From Alphaproteobacteria bacterium (GTDB taxonomy: Bacteria; Pseudomonadota; Alphaproteobacteria; ATCC43930; CGMCC-115725): DNA of 64,000 nt. Both the position numbers and the translations under genes were made by a program. The notes beneath the pieces are model-generated. The model was given only the letters and a program-made list of their open reading frames with translations, made no database searches and was not told the DNA's origin. Positions 8,213 through 17,864 of this stretch are shown here, piece by piece; position 1 is the stretch's first letter, and each line of letters opens with the position of its first letter. The stretch is taken from assembly GCA_030041385.1 (NCBI GenBank), contig JASHNY010000203.1, forward strand, positions 4,458 through 68,457, given 5' to 3'.

Positions 8213-9235
8213 ATGCGCTTATCGAAGATGGCGGCGCTCGCGCTTTCGGCGTGCGCCGCGCTTGCCTTGCTGGCCCGCGGCCCGGCGGCGACGGCCGAAC
8301 CGTACCACCTGCGCCTCGGCTGGGTGGTGACGCCGGCGGATCTGACGACGCTGATGTTCCTGCGGCCCGATCTGGCGCCGCACGCGGGCAAGACCTACGT
8401 CCCCGAATTGATCCACTTTGCCGGCACCCCGGCGGAGATGACCGCGTTCGCGACCGGCCAGCTCGATTGCGGCGCGCTCGCGTTCTCGACCTTTGCGCTC
8501 GGCATCGTCAATGCGGGGATGGACGACCTGCGGGTGCTGTCCGACGAGTTCCAGGACGGCGTGCCGGGCTATCACACCAATCCGTTCGACGTGCGCAACG
8601 ACAGCGGCATCAAGACGGTCGACGATTTGAAGGGCAAGGTCCTGGCAACCAACCAGAACGGCAGCGCCATCGACATGGCGCTGCTCGCGATGCTGGCCAA
8701 GCACCACCTGAGGGACAGGCGCGACGTCACGATCATTGAGGTCCGTTTTCCCGACCAGAAGGCGATGCTGAAGGACCGCAAGGTGGACCTGATCTCGTCG
8801 GTGGCGCCGTTCGGCTACGATCCCGAGTTGATGGCGTTCGCGCACCCGCTGTTCACGCAGGTAGAGGCGATGGGTCGTTCGCAGATGATCATCCGCGTCG
8901 CCCGGGCCGGCTTTCTCGCCAAGCACCGCGCGGTGATGGTGGATTTCATGGAGGATTACCTGCACACGCTGCGCTACCTGCTCGATCCCGCCCACCATGA
9001 CGAGGCGGTAAAGCTCGTCACCGAGGCCACCAAGCAGGACCCGGCGATGTACCGGAACTGGGTTTTCACCAACAAAGATTACTATCGCGATCCCAATGGG
9101 ATACCGGACCTCGCGGCACTGCAGCAGAACATCGATTTGCAGCACAAATTGGGGTTCCTGCGGACGCGCGTCGATGTGTCGAAACACACGGACCTCAGCA
9201 TCGTCAAAGAGGCCGCAAGCCGGCTGACGCAATGA
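8213..9235 (+). CDS. ABC transporter substrate-binding protein (NMT1/SsuA/TauA-like)
   Basis: ATG at 8213 follows a G7 Shine-Dalgarno-like run. Signal peptide MRLSKMAALALSACAALALLARGPAATA. The ORF-track start at 8060 adds an Arg-rich leader and is unlikely. Confidence 0.7.
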   Translation: MRLSKMAALALSACAALALLARGPAATAEPYHLRLGWVVTPADLTTLMFLRPDLAPHAGKTYVPELIHFAGTPAEMTAFATGQLDCGALAFSTFALGIVNAGMDDLRVLSDEFQDGVPGYHTNPFDVRNDSGIKTVDDLKGKVLATNQNGSAIDMALLAMLAKHHLRDRRDVTIIEVRFPDQKAMLKDRKVDLISSVAPFGYDPELMAFAHPLFTQVEAMGRSQMIIRVARAGFLAKHRAVMVDFMEDYLHTLRYLLDPAHHDEAVKLVTEATKQDPAMYRNWVFTNKDYYRDPNGIPDLAALQQNIDLQHKLGFLRTRVDVSKHTDLSIVKEAASRLTQ

Positions 9236-9283
9236 GGCAACCGGCACTGGCACCAGCCGCAGCAGCGGGTTAGCATTGCCGGC

Positions 9284-10213
9284 ATGGAAGAGATCTACAC
9301 CTTTGCCGGCAATCCGCTCGACCGCGCGGCGGTGCGCCGCACCGATACCGCCTGGATCCGCTCGCTGCTCGACGACGCGCGCACCCGGGTTCTGCCGTTG
9401 CGCGACCTGAAGCCGCCGGTTCGCGGTGGCGGGATGCCGGCGCTCGATTGGCAGCCGGCAGGAAATTGGCGGGGCCTGATCGAGGCGGGTGCGACCTTCG
9501 TGTTCCTCGGGCTCGGCGAGGAGGGGCGGGCGTTGTTCGCGGTCGATGCGACCGGCGCCGACGTGCTGCCCGATTGGGACGCCGAGGCGGTCGACGTGCG
9601 GGCGCTGGCGCCGCAGATCGCGGTCGGCGAGGCGGCGATCCTGGCCGAGGCGCGCTCGTTGATCGACTGGCACGCGCGCCACGGCTTTTGCGCGCAATGC
9701 GGCGCGCCGACCCGCATCGACCAGGCCGGCTGGAAGCGGCGCTGCCCCGAGTGCCGGGCCCAGCACTATCCGCGCGCCGACCCGGTGACGATCATGCTGA
9801 CCGTGCGCGGCGAATACGGTCTCCTCGGCCGCAACCGGCGGCGCGCCGGCGCCCGCTTCTCCTGTTTGGCCGGCTACATGGAGCCGGGCGAGACGCCGGA
9901 AGATGCGGTCCGCCGCGAGGTGCACGAAGAGGCCGGCATCACGGTCGGCCGGGTCAAGTATCTCGCCGCGCAGCCGTGGCCGTTTCCATCGACCTTGATG
10001 ATGGGCTTTCTCGCTGAGGGGCTCAGCGAGGAGATCACGGTCGATCCCGAGGAAATCGCCGAGGCGCGCTGGTTTCACCGCGATGAGATCCGCGCGATGG
10101 TCGCTCGCGCCGCGACCGGCCCGGACGACCCGAACGTAGTGTCGATCCCGCCGCCGCTGGCCATCGCGCACCAGATCTGCCGGCGCTGGTCGAACCGGCT
10201 GGACGATATTTGA
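9284..10213 (+). CDS. nudC: NADH pyrophosphatase (Nudix hydrolase with zinc ribbon)
   Basis: Zinc ribbon CAQCG...CPEC followed by the Nudix box GYMEPGETPEDAVRREVHEEAGI. Confidence 0.85.
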   Translation: MEEIYTFAGNPLDRAAVRRTDTAWIRSLLDDARTRVLPLRDLKPPVRGGGMPALDWQPAGNWRGLIEAGATFVFLGLGEEGRALFAVDATGADVLPDWDAEAVDVRALAPQIAVGEAAILAEARSLIDWHARHGFCAQCGAPTRIDQAGWKRRCPECRAQHYPRADPVTIMLTVRGEYGLLGRNRRRAGARFSCLAGYMEPGETPEDAVRREVHEEAGITVGRVKYLAAQPWPFPSTLMMGFLAEGLSEEITVDPEEIAEARWFHRDEIRAMVARAATGPDDPNVVSIPPPLAIAHQICRRWSNRLDDI

Positions 10214-11046
10214 CCGACGCGGTCGCGATCGTCACCGGGGCCAGCAGCGGGATCGGGCTTTACACCGCGCTCGGATTGGCGCGTGCCGGAAGGCGCGTCG
10301 TCATGGTCGGGCGCAACCGCGAGCGGACCGAGGGCGCCTGGCGCTTTGTCGCGGAGCGCGCCGGCGTCCCGCCGCCGGAGATTGCGCTTGCCGATTTCGC
10401 CAGCCTCGCCGCCGTGCGCGGGCTGGCCGAGACGCTGCTTTCCGCGCATCAGCGCATCGATCTCTTGGTCAACAACGCCGGGCTGATCTCGCCGCAGCGA
10501 CGGAATTCTGCAGACGGGTTCGAGCTGACTATCGCGGTCAACCATCTGGCGCCGTTCCTGTTGACCAACCTGCTGCTCGGCCGGATCAGGGAATCGGCCC
10601 CGGCGCGGATCGTCACCGTCGCCTCGCAGGCGCATAAGGGCGCCCGGCTCGATCCGGCGACGATGGTGCGGCCGCGCGAATGGACCCCGCTCTCCGCCTA
10701 TGGCCGGTCCAAGCTGTGCAACATCCTGTTTACCCGCGCCCTGATGCGGCGGCTCGGCGGCAGCGGCGTCGTCGCCAGCTGCCTTCATCCGGGCGTTATC
10801 GCCACCCGCATCGGCGACACGGCCGGCGGCCTCGCCGGCCTCGGCTGGCGCCTGGCCAAGCCGTTTCTGACCCGCCCGGAGGCCGGCGCGGCAACCTCGC
10901 TGTTCCTGGCGACAGTGGCCGACCCCGCGCCGTTCGCCGGCGCCTATGTGATCGGCCGGGCCGTCGCCGAACCCGATTTTGCGGCGCGCGACGAGGCGCT
11001 CGCCGAGGCGCTGTGGCAGGAGAGCGCCCGGCTGGTCCGGCTGTAG
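10210..11046 (+). CDS. SDR-family oxidoreductase (retinol dehydrogenase-like)
   Basis: TTG start overlaps the nudC stop (TTGA). Motifs VTGASSGIG, NNAG and YGRSK. Confidence 0.85.
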   Translation: MTDAVAIVTGASSGIGLYTALGLARAGRRVVMVGRNRERTEGAWRFVAERAGVPPPEIALADFASLAAVRGLAETLLSAHQRIDLLVNNAGLISPQRRNSADGFELTIAVNHLAPFLLTNLLLGRIRESAPARIVTVASQAHKGARLDPATMVRPREWTPLSAYGRSKLCNILFTRALMRRLGGSGVVASCLHPGVIATRIGDTAGGLAGLGWRLAKPFLTRPEAGAATSLFLATVADPAPFAGAYVIGRAVAEPDFAARDEALAEALWQESARLVRL

Positions 11047-11117
11047 CGCCGCCGGCCTCGGTGCCGCGTCGCGAACTGCGCTAGCATGGCGGCGACAGCG
11101 GCACAGGGGGGCGAGAA

Positions 11118-12752
11118 ATGCCCGGCCAATCCTACGACTACATCATCGTCGGTGCCGGATCCTCCGGCTGCACCTTGGCGCACCGATTGACCGAGGAGGC
11201 GGGAACCCGCGTGCTGCTGCTCGAAGCGGGCGGGTGGGACCGCGACCCGTGGCTGACCATTCCCTTGGCCTGGGGCCGCATCCTGCAGCGGCGGATGCAT
11301 GACTGGATGTATTTCGCCGAGCCCGAGGCGAGCCTCGACGGGCGCGGCATCGAATGCGCCCGCGGCAAGGTGGTCGGCGGCTCGTCATCGATCAACGCGA
11401 TGGCCTATGTGCGCGGCCATCGCGGCGATTACGACCGCTGGGCCGCGGCGGGATTGCCGCAATGGTCCTACGCGCATGTGCTGCCGTATTTCCGCCGGCA
11501 GGAGGCGTGGGAGGGCGGAGCCGGCCCCTATCGCGGCGCCGACGGCCCATTGACGACGCGCTGGTCGCGCTATCCCGATCCGCTTGCCGCCGCCTTTGCC
11601 GAGGCCGGGGCCGCGGCGGGCCATCCGGCAACCGAAGACTACAACGGGGCGCAGCAGGAAGGGTTCGGCCGCTGGCAATGCACGATCCGCGACGGGCGGC
11701 GGTGCAGCGCCGCGGTCGCCTATCTCCGCCCGGCCCTGGCGCGGCCGGGGCTGACGGTGATGACCGACACCCTCGTCACCCGCATCATGCTCGAGGGCCG
11801 CCGCGCGGTCGGCGTCGCCTGTCTGCACCGCGGCGAAGGGATCGTGGCGCATGCCGAGCGCGAGGTCATTGTCGCCGGCGGGGTCATCAACTCGCCGCAA
11901 TTATTGATGCTGTCGGGCATCGGCGACCCCGACGAATTGCGCGCGCACGACATCGCGGCCGCGGCGCCGCTCAAGGGCGTCGGCCGCAACCTGCAGGATC
12001 ACATCTCGGCCGGCATCGCCTGGCGCCGACGCGAACCTGGCCCGCTGCACGCCAGGATGCGGCTGGACCGCATCGTGCGCGACCTCGCCCAGACCTATTT
12101 CTTTGGCTCCGGCCTGTCGGCCGACCTGCCCGGCGGGGTCATGGCGTTTCTCAAAAGTCCGCTCGCCGGGGCCTTGCCTGACGTGCAGTTCCTGTTCAAC
12201 GCGGCGCCGATGGCGGCGGCGCCGTACCTGCCGCCGTTCCGCCCGCCCTATGCCGACAGCTTCGCCTGCCGCGCCGTGGTGTTGCGGCCGGAAAGCCGCG
12301 GCCGGCTTGAACTCGCCTCGGCCGATCCGCGCGTGCCGGTGCGCATCCGCCAGAACTTTCTCGCCGCCGACAAGGATTGGGCGGCCTTGCGCGCCGGGCT
12401 GCGCATGGTGCGCGAAGTCGGCCGCCAGGCGCCGCTCAGGCCGTTCGTCGCCGAGGAAATCGCGCCCGGCGCCGCCAATGAAAGCGATGAGGCGCTCGAC
12501 GCGCATATCCGGGCGACCGGCATTTCGGTTCACCATCCGCTCGGCACCTGCAAGATGGGCGTCGAAAGCGACGACATGGCCGTCGTCGACAGCGAGTTGC
12601 GGGTCTTCGGGATCGACCGCCTGCGCGTCGTCGATGCCTCGGTGATGCCCGACCTGGTCGGCGGCAACATCAACGCCCCGGTGATCATGATCGCCGAAAA
12701 GGCCGCGGATTTGATCCGCGGCCGGCAGCCGCCGGCGCCGGTCAATGTGTGA
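11118..12752 (+). CDS. GMC-family oxidoreductase (choline dehydrogenase-like)
   Basis: [22 protein letters not shown] fold at the N-terminus and HPLGTCKMG near the C-terminus. Confidence 0.9.
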   Translation: MPGQSYDYIIVGAGSSGCTLAHRLTEEAGTRVLLLEAGGWDRDPWLTIPLAWGRILQRRMHDWMYFAEPEASLDGRGIECARGKVVGGSSSINAMAYVRGHRGDYDRWAAAGLPQWSYAHVLPYFRRQEAWEGGAGPYRGADGPLTTRWSRYPDPLAAAFAEAGAAAGHPATEDYNGAQQEGFGRWQCTIRDGRRCSAAVAYLRPALARPGLTVMTDTLVTRIMLEGRRAVGVACLHRGEGIVAHAEREVIVAGGVINSPQLLMLSGIGDPDELRAHDIAAAAPLKGVGRNLQDHISAGIAWRRREPGPLHARMRLDRIVRDLAQTYFFGSGLSADLPGGVMAFLKSPLAGALPDVQFLFNAAPMAAAPYLPPFRPPYADSFACRAVVLRPESRGRLELASADPRVPVRIRQNFLAADKDWAALRAGLRMVREVGRQAPLRPFVAEEIAPGAANESDEALDAHIRATGISVHHPLGTCKMGVESDDMAVVDSELRVFGIDRLRVVDASVMPDLVGGNINAPVIMIAEKAADLIRGRQPPAPVNV

Positions 12753-12790
12753 ATGGAGCCAGGCACAGCGAACCTGATCCCGGAAATCCT

Positions 12791-13726
12791 TCAATATCCC
12801 TTCACCCGATCGACGACGTTCAGCAGCGGCTGGCCGGCGCGCACGCGGCGGATGTTGTCGACGACATCGCGGGCGGAGATTTCCGGGATCGCGATCGAGC
12901 CGGTGTGCGGGAGGACCAATACCTGCTCCATGCCCCAGAACGGGTGGTCGGGCGGCAGCGGCTCCTGTTCGAACACGTCGAGCGTCGCCTCGGCGATGTG
13001 GCCGTCTTCGAGCGCGGCGAGCAGGGCCGCTTCATCCACCGTGCCGCCGCGGCCGCAATTGACGAGCTTGGCGCCGCGCGGCAGGCAGTAGAGCGCGTCG
13101 CGGCCGACGATGTGCCGGGTCTCCTTCGTCAGCGGCAACAGCACGACGAGAATGTCGGTACGCGCCAGGAACGGCGCGAGGCCCGGGGCGCCATGAAAGC
13201 ACTCGACCCCGTCGATCGTGTGCGGCGAGCGCGCCCAGCCGGCGACGTTGAACCCGAGCCCGGCGAGGGTCCGCGCCGCCGTTCCGCCGAGCAGCCCCAG
13301 CCCCATGATGCCGACCTGGCACTCATAGGACGGGCGCGGCAGTTCATAACGCCATTGCCGGGCGCGCTGCTGGCGCTGGTACATCGCGATATCGCGATGA
13401 TGGCGCAACACGGCGAACGTGACGAACTGGCTCATCATCTGCGCCATCGGCTGGTCGCCGAGCCGGGCGACCGGGATGTGCGGCGGGATCGTCGGGTCGG
13501 CCAACAGCGGATCGACGCCGGCGCCGAGGTTGATGATCAGCTTGAGGTTCGGCAGCGCCGCCATCTCGCCGGGCGGCGGCTTCCAGACCAGCGCCGTCTC
13601 GATCTCCGCCGGGTCGCCGAGATTGGGCGAGACGCGGATGTCGAGGTCGGGCATCAGGGCGGCAAGCGCCTTCGACCACGCCACCGGGTCGTCGAGGCGG
13701 CTCGAAAACAACAGCGCGCCGGCCAT
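12791..13726 (-). CDS. D-2-hydroxyacid dehydrogenase family (glyoxylate/hydroxypyruvate reductase A-like)
   Basis: Start chosen at MAGALLFSS. NAD-binding GIMGLGLLGGTAART; the catalytic region resembles GhrA-type enzymes. Confidence 0.85.
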   Translation of the reverse strand: MAGALLFSSRLDDPVAWSKALAALMPDLDIRVSPNLGDPAEIETALVWKPPPGEMAALPNLKLIINLGAGVDPLLADPTIPPHIPVARLGDQPMAQMMSQFVTFAVLRHHRDIAMYQRQQRARQWRYELPRPSYECQVGIMGLGLLGGTAARTLAGLGFNVAGWARSPHTIDGVECFHGAPGLAPFLARTDILVVLLPLTKETRHIVGRDALYCLPRGAKLVNCGRGGTVDEAALLAALEDGHIAEATLDVFEQEPLPPDHPFWGMEQVLVLPHTGSIAIPEISARDVVDNIRRVRAGQPLLNVVDRVKGY

Positions 13727-13811
13727 CCCCTTCCTCCTGTGCTGCCGGGATGCGGCGATTTCGTCACATCGACGGGCTGCGCGCAATCGCCGCCGGTGTT
13801 ATCTCAGCGCC

Positions 13812-14486
13812 ATGATCCTCACCCCGATCCCAGAGGCGCAGCTTGGCGCGGTGCTCGACCGTTTCGCAGGCAAGCTTACCGATCCGACGGCGCGACAAGT
13901 CTTTGCCCTGATCTGCGCAACTGGCCCCGACCGCGCGACGGGCAGCACCGCCGAACGGCATCGCCGCGCGGCGCTTGACTGGGCGCGGCGATGCGGCGTG
14001 CCGGTGCATCCTCCCGGCACCGAATGCGCGTTCAACTGGGACGGAGTGGCGCTCGACGGTACGACCGAATCCTATGTGATACTGCACGAAATTGCCCACT
14101 TCGTATTGGCGCCGCCAGAGCGGCGCGGCCTTGTCGATTTCGGGCTCGGACCCGGCCCCGATACGCGCGCCCGCGACGCGGCGATGCGCGCCGCGATCGT
14201 GCCGCTCGTCGAGCGGGAGGCCGACGAGGCGGCCGCCTCGCTGCTCGGGATTTTGTGGGAGGCGGAGCTGGGTCAGCCGGCGCTGGCCTCGTTCCTCGAT
14301 CAGAACTGGCTCGAAGGCCTCGAACGCTCGGCCGCCTCGCATTTCACCGCGGTGGTGCGACGGCTCATGCAGCACGGCTTTCTGACCCTCACCCGCCCTT
14401 CGGGCACCCTCTCCCGCATTGCGGGAGAGGGAAGGGGCCTGCGTCGAAGGCGTGGGAAGGGTGAGGGAACAGCGCGCCGGTCGTAG
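13812..14486 (+). CDS. HExxH protein resembling EpmC/YfcM (elongation factor P hydroxylase family); the C-terminal ~30 codons read through a REP-like palindrome
   Basis: ATG at 13812; the upstream part of the ORF-track call is antisense to the dehydrogenase. ILHEIAHFVLAPPERRGLVDFGLGP resembles the EpmC core [17 protein letters not shown] as I recall it. The function call is tentative. Confidence 0.45.
   Translation: MILTPIPEAQLGAVLDRFAGKLTDPTARQVFALICATGPDRATGSTAERHRRAALDWARRCGVPVHPPGTECAFNWDGVALDGTTESYVILHEIAHFVLAPPERRGLVDFGLGPGPDTRARDAAMRAAIVPLVEREADEAAASLLGILWEAELGQPALASFLDQNWLEGLERSAASHFTAVVRRLMQHGFLTLTRPSGTLSRIAGEGRGLRRRRGKGEGTARRS
14386..14467. repeat. REP-like nested palindrome
   Basis: Outer arms CCCTCACCC (14386-14394) and GGGTGAGGG (14459-14467). 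Inner perfect hairpin CCCTCTCCCGC-ATT-GCGGGAGAGGG (14407-14431). Confidence 0.8.
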
Positions 14487-14499
14487 AAAGGAGAAACGC

Positions 14500-15243
14500 A
14501 TGAACCGCATCGATCTTGATGGCCGCGTCGCCATCGTCACCGGCGCCGCGCGCGGCATCGGCCGGGCGATCGCCGAGCGCTTCGCCGCCTCGGGCGCCCG
14601 GGTCGCGATCTGGGACGTTGATGGCGAAGCGGCGAGGAAGGCGGCAGGCGAGATCGACGGGGCGATCGACCTTGCCGCCGACGTCACCAAACCGGCGACC
14701 CTGGCGGCCGCGTTGGCCGCGACCGAGGCGCGGCTCGGCGGGCCCGATATCCTCGTCAACAATGCCGGGATCACCGGCCCGAACCATCCGCTCGACGAAT
14801 ATCCCGAGGCGGCATGGCGGCAGGTCGTCGAGATCGACCTGATCGGCGTGTTCAACTGCTGCCGCGCCGTCGTGCCGGCGATGCGGCGGCGCGATTACGG
14901 CCGCATCGTCAACATCGCCTCGATCGCCGGCAAGGAAGGCAACCCCAACGCCTCGGCCTATTCCGCGGCCAAGGCCGGGGTCATCGGCTTGACCAAGTCG
15001 CTCGGCAAGGAATTGGCGGCGACCGGCATCCGGGTCAATTGCGTGACCCCGGCGGCGGCCAAGACCGACATCTTCGCGCAGATGACCGAGGCTCAGATCG
15101 CCTACATGCTGTCGAAAATTCCGATGGAGCGCTTTGTTCTCGTCGACGAGATCGCCGCGCTGGTCGCCTGGCTCGCCTCCGAGGAGTGCTCGTTCTCGAC
15201 CGGCGGGGTCTTCGACATCTCGGGCGGCAGGGCGACGTATTAG
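14500..15243 (+). CDS. SDR-family oxidoreductase (FabG-like)
   Basis: ATG at 14500 after AGGAGA. Motifs VTGAARGIG, NNAGI and YSAAKAGV. Confidence 0.9.
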   Translation: MNRIDLDGRVAIVTGAARGIGRAIAERFAASGARVAIWDVDGEAARKAAGEIDGAIDLAADVTKPATLAAALAATEARLGGPDILVNNAGITGPNHPLDEYPEAAWRQVVEIDLIGVFNCCRAVVPAMRRRDYGRIVNIASIAGKEGNPNASAYSAAKAGVIGLTKSLGKELAATGIRVNCVTPAAAKTDIFAQMTEAQIAYMLSKIPMERFVLVDEIAALVAWLASEECSFSTGGVFDISGGRATY

Positions 15244-15872
15244 GCCGCTGCGGCGGCGCGTCCGATCCCGGCGGCGCGTTCGGCGAGGCGGCGGATACGG
15301 CCCCAGTCCCGCGCAGCGACCGCCTCGCGCGGCGCCATCCACGAGCCGCCGACCATCGGCACGTTGGGCAGGGCCAGGTAATCGGCGGCGCTGCGTTCGT
15401 CGATGCCGCCGGTCGGGCAGAAGGCGATGCCGGGGAACACCGGGGCCAAGGCGCGCAGCAATGCGGTGCCGCCGAGCGCTTCGGCCGGGAACAATTTCAT
15501 CACGCAGATGCCGAGCGCCCGCGCCGCCATGACCTCGGATGGGGTGGCGACGCCGGGCAGATAGGGCAGTTCGGCAGCCAAGGCCGCGGCGGCCAGTTCC
15601 GGGGTGATTCCGGGGCTGACCAGGAACCGCGCGCCGGCGGCGCGGGCGGCCGCAATATCGGCGGCGCGCAGCAGCGTGCCGGCGCCGACCACGACCTGCG
15701 GCACTTCGCGCACGATCGCCGCAATCGCCGCCGCAGCCGCCGGCGTGCGAAACGTCACCTCGATCACGCCGAGCCCGCCTTCGTACAAGGCGCGGGCGAG
15801 CGGCACGGCATCGGCTTCCCGCTCGACGGTCAGAACCGGGATCACCGATGCGTCGGCAAACAGCGCATACAT
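15240..15872 (-). CDS. eda: 2-dehydro-3-deoxyphosphogluconate / 4-hydroxy-2-oxoglutarate aldolase
   Basis: ATG at 15872 after GGGAGGA. Motifs IPVLTV, VIEVTFRT, GAGTLL and MKLFPAE. The rest of the 327-aa ORF-track call is an N-terminal over-extension. Confidence 0.85.
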   Translation of the reverse strand: MYALFADASVIPVLTVEREADAVPLARALYEGGLGVIEVTFRTPAAAAAIAAIVREVPQVVVGAGTLLRAADIAAARAAGARFLVSPGITPELAAAALAAELPYLPGVATPSEVMAARALGICVMKLFPAEALGGTALLRALAPVFPGIAFCPTGGIDERSAADYLALPNVPMVGGSWMAPREAVAARDWGRIRRLAERAAGIGRAAAAA

Positions 15873-16080
15873 CTGGGCATCCTCCCTGCCGAGGAGGCAT
15901 CGGGGCATTGTACGCCGCGGCGCTGCCCGGGACAGTGCGCTCTCGCGAGGCGGCCCGGCGCTTGGCAGCGCACCTGCGGAGAACGTGGACGTTTTATCGC
16001 CGCCGCCGAATCGGGCGGAATTGACAGGTCCGGCCGCTGCGGGATTTGATCCCGCGCGTCCGAAGCGGTGGGAGGCGGCG

Positions 16081-17076
16081 ATGGAACAGCGGGTGCTCGG
16101 CAGAACCGGTCTCAAGGTCTCGGTGCTCGGCTTCGGCTGCGGCGCGGTCGGCGGGCTGATGGTCAAAGGCGAGCCGGCCGACCAGGAACGGGCGGTGGCG
16201 CGCGCCCTGGAGCTCGGCATCAACTATTTCGACACCGCGGCGCAATACGGCGCGGGCCGCTCGGAAACCAATCTCGGCCGCGTGCTGAAGAGCCTCAAGC
16301 CCGACCTCTATCTCGGCACCAAGGTGCGCTTGCCGCCGACCGAACCGGCGCAGATCGGCGCCGCCATTTCCGCCGCGCTGGAGGCAAGCCTCAAGCGGCT
16401 GCAGTTGGAGCGGGTCGATCTGTTCCAGTTCCACAACGCGATTGTCGATCGCACGAGCGGCGGCGAGTTCGCGGCCGACACCGTGCTCGACGAGGTGGTG
16501 GCGGCATTCGAGCGGCTGCGCCAGGAGGGCAAGATCCGGTTTTTCGGCATTACCGCCGTCGGCGGGACATCGGCCTTGCACCAGGTCGTCGATGCCCGCG
16601 CTTTCGACACCGCGCAGGTCAGCTACAACCTGCTGAACCCTAGCGCCGGCGGCGCCGTGCCGAGCGGCTTTCCGGCGCAGGATTACGGCAACCTGCTGGG
16701 CCATGCCAGGGCCGCCGAGATGGGGGTCATCAACATCCGCGTGCTGGCCGGCGGTGCGCTCAGCGGCAGTGAAGATCGCCACCCGCTCGGCTCGCCTCCG
16801 CCCGATCCGATCGGCTCGGGCGGCAGCTATGCGACCGATGTGGCGCGGGCCCGCCGGCTCGAGCCGCTGGTGCGCGAAGGCCATGCCGACAGCCTCGTCG
16901 AGGCGAGCCTGCGCTTTGCGATCGCCAACGATGCGGTATCGACCGTGCTGGTCGGCTATTCGACCTTGGAGCAGCTCGAATACGCGGCGCGAGCAATCGG
17001 CAAAGGCAAGTTGCCGCCGACAGCGCTCGCCCGCGCCGCCGAATTGCAGCGCGGCTTTGCCGGCGAGCCTCGCTGA
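16081..17076 (+). CDS. Aldo/keto reductase
   Basis: MEQRVLGRTGLKVSVLGFGCGAVGG N-terminus and AKR-typical layout. The ORF-track start at 15604 is antisense to eda. Confidence 0.85.
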   Translation: MEQRVLGRTGLKVSVLGFGCGAVGGLMVKGEPADQERAVARALELGINYFDTAAQYGAGRSETNLGRVLKSLKPDLYLGTKVRLPPTEPAQIGAAISAALEASLKRLQLERVDLFQFHNAIVDRTSGGEFAADTVLDEVVAAFERLRQEGKIRFFGITAVGGTSALHQVVDARAFDTAQVSYNLLNPSAGGAVPSGFPAQDYGNLLGHARAAEMGVINIRVLAGGALSGSEDRHPLGSPPPDPIGSGGSYATDVARARRLEPLVREGHADSLVEASLRFAIANDAVSTVLVGYSTLEQLEYAARAIGKGKLPPTALARAAELQRGFAGEPR

Positions 17077-17242
17077 CCGACCGGCAGCGCGCCGACCCTC
17101 GCACCCGGTAGACGAACCGGGCCGGCGGCGGTAAACTTCAACGATTGCTGCCTCGTAACTGAGCCAGCGCGATGCGTGGAGCGGGAACCAGATTTTGATC
17201 GCTGTTGTTTAAATTGAGGTTCAATCTGCCGGGAAGCCGCAG

Positions 17243-17860
17243 ATGGCGCACATCGATCTTGGTCGGGTCGTGCGGAGCGTCGACTCGATACTTAGACAGC
17301 GGCAAGGAATCCACGACTTCACCGACCACGAAGATTGCCTGTTTCGTATTTCGCTGACGCAGTCCGCAGCAGCGTTGCACCTGTCCGACGGCACCTCGGT
17401 CGCGCCCGGCGACCCGGTGATCGAATTGCACTTCTGGAACGAGCATCTGCCGATCATGCCCAGCGCCGGGCCAAGCACGGCGTGGGCCGTGCGCCTTAAA
17501 CGGCAGATGGACAGGTCGCTGTTCCTGCTCGACCGCTACCTCGACCGCGAGCCGCGCTTCGGCGATGTCGCCGCGCTCACCGGCGCGCCGCCCTTTGCCA
17601 GCCGCATCGGCGAAATCCAGATGGAGCGTACCGGCAGGCGGTTCGGCTTCGAGATTCTCGCCCCGCAAGAGGCCGAACTGGGCGACCGGATTCACCTGGT
17701 GTTCGACAGCATGCTGCTGTGGGGCCTTGGCTGGACCTTCAATCGGCCAGGCCTGCGCAGCAAGACCCTGCTGCGCCGCCGCTATCGGTTGTGGATATCG
17801 CGCGCTACACTGCACGCCCGCTACCGCGACTTCGAACCGCCCCCCTGTTCCCGGCATTAG
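17243..17860 (+). CDS. YkoP-like protein (also seen as the N-terminal domain of some polysaccharide deacetylases)
   Basis: DCLFRISLTQSAAALHLSDGTSVAPGDPVIELHFWN resembles, as I recall it, the Bacillus YkoP segment IFRVRLTKYKGRDVVLSDGT...IHLHN. The stop lies 4 nt before the GT2 start. Confidence 0.5.
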   Translation: MAHIDLGRVVRSVDSILRQRQGIHDFTDHEDCLFRISLTQSAAALHLSDGTSVAPGDPVIELHFWNEHLPIMPSAGPSTAWAVRLKRQMDRSLFLLDRYLDREPRFGDVAALTGAPPFASRIGEIQMERTGRRFGFEILAPQEAELGDRIHLVFDSMLLWGLGWTFNRPGLRSKTLLRRRYRLWISRATLHARYRDFEPPPCSRH

Positions 17861-17864
17861 CCGG

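Noticed and set aside
8219-10171. 650-aa minus-strand ORF
   Set aside because: Antisense to the SBP and nudC genes. No motifs; typical high-GC shadow ORF. The same reasoning applies to 1129-2778(-), 14389-15900(-), 17805-19103(-), 56119-57522(-) and other long Arg-rich ORFs in the track.
13419-13811. N-terminal 131 codons of the 355-aa plus-strand ORF
   Set aside because: This part overlaps the 2-hydroxyacid dehydrogenase gene in antisense. The plausible protein starts at ATG 13812. Similar over-extended track starts were trimmed at 3248, 8060, 15604, 17565, 18212, 39229, 44273, and on the minus strand at 16223, 21144, 24249, 24704, 25827, 33388, 47450, 52396, 53581 and 62471.
15240-15872. 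eda as part of an Entner-Doudoroff operon or island
   Set aside because: No edd, zwf, pgl or glk neighbours. It is a lone aldolase among oxidoreductases and nothing unusual can be supported.
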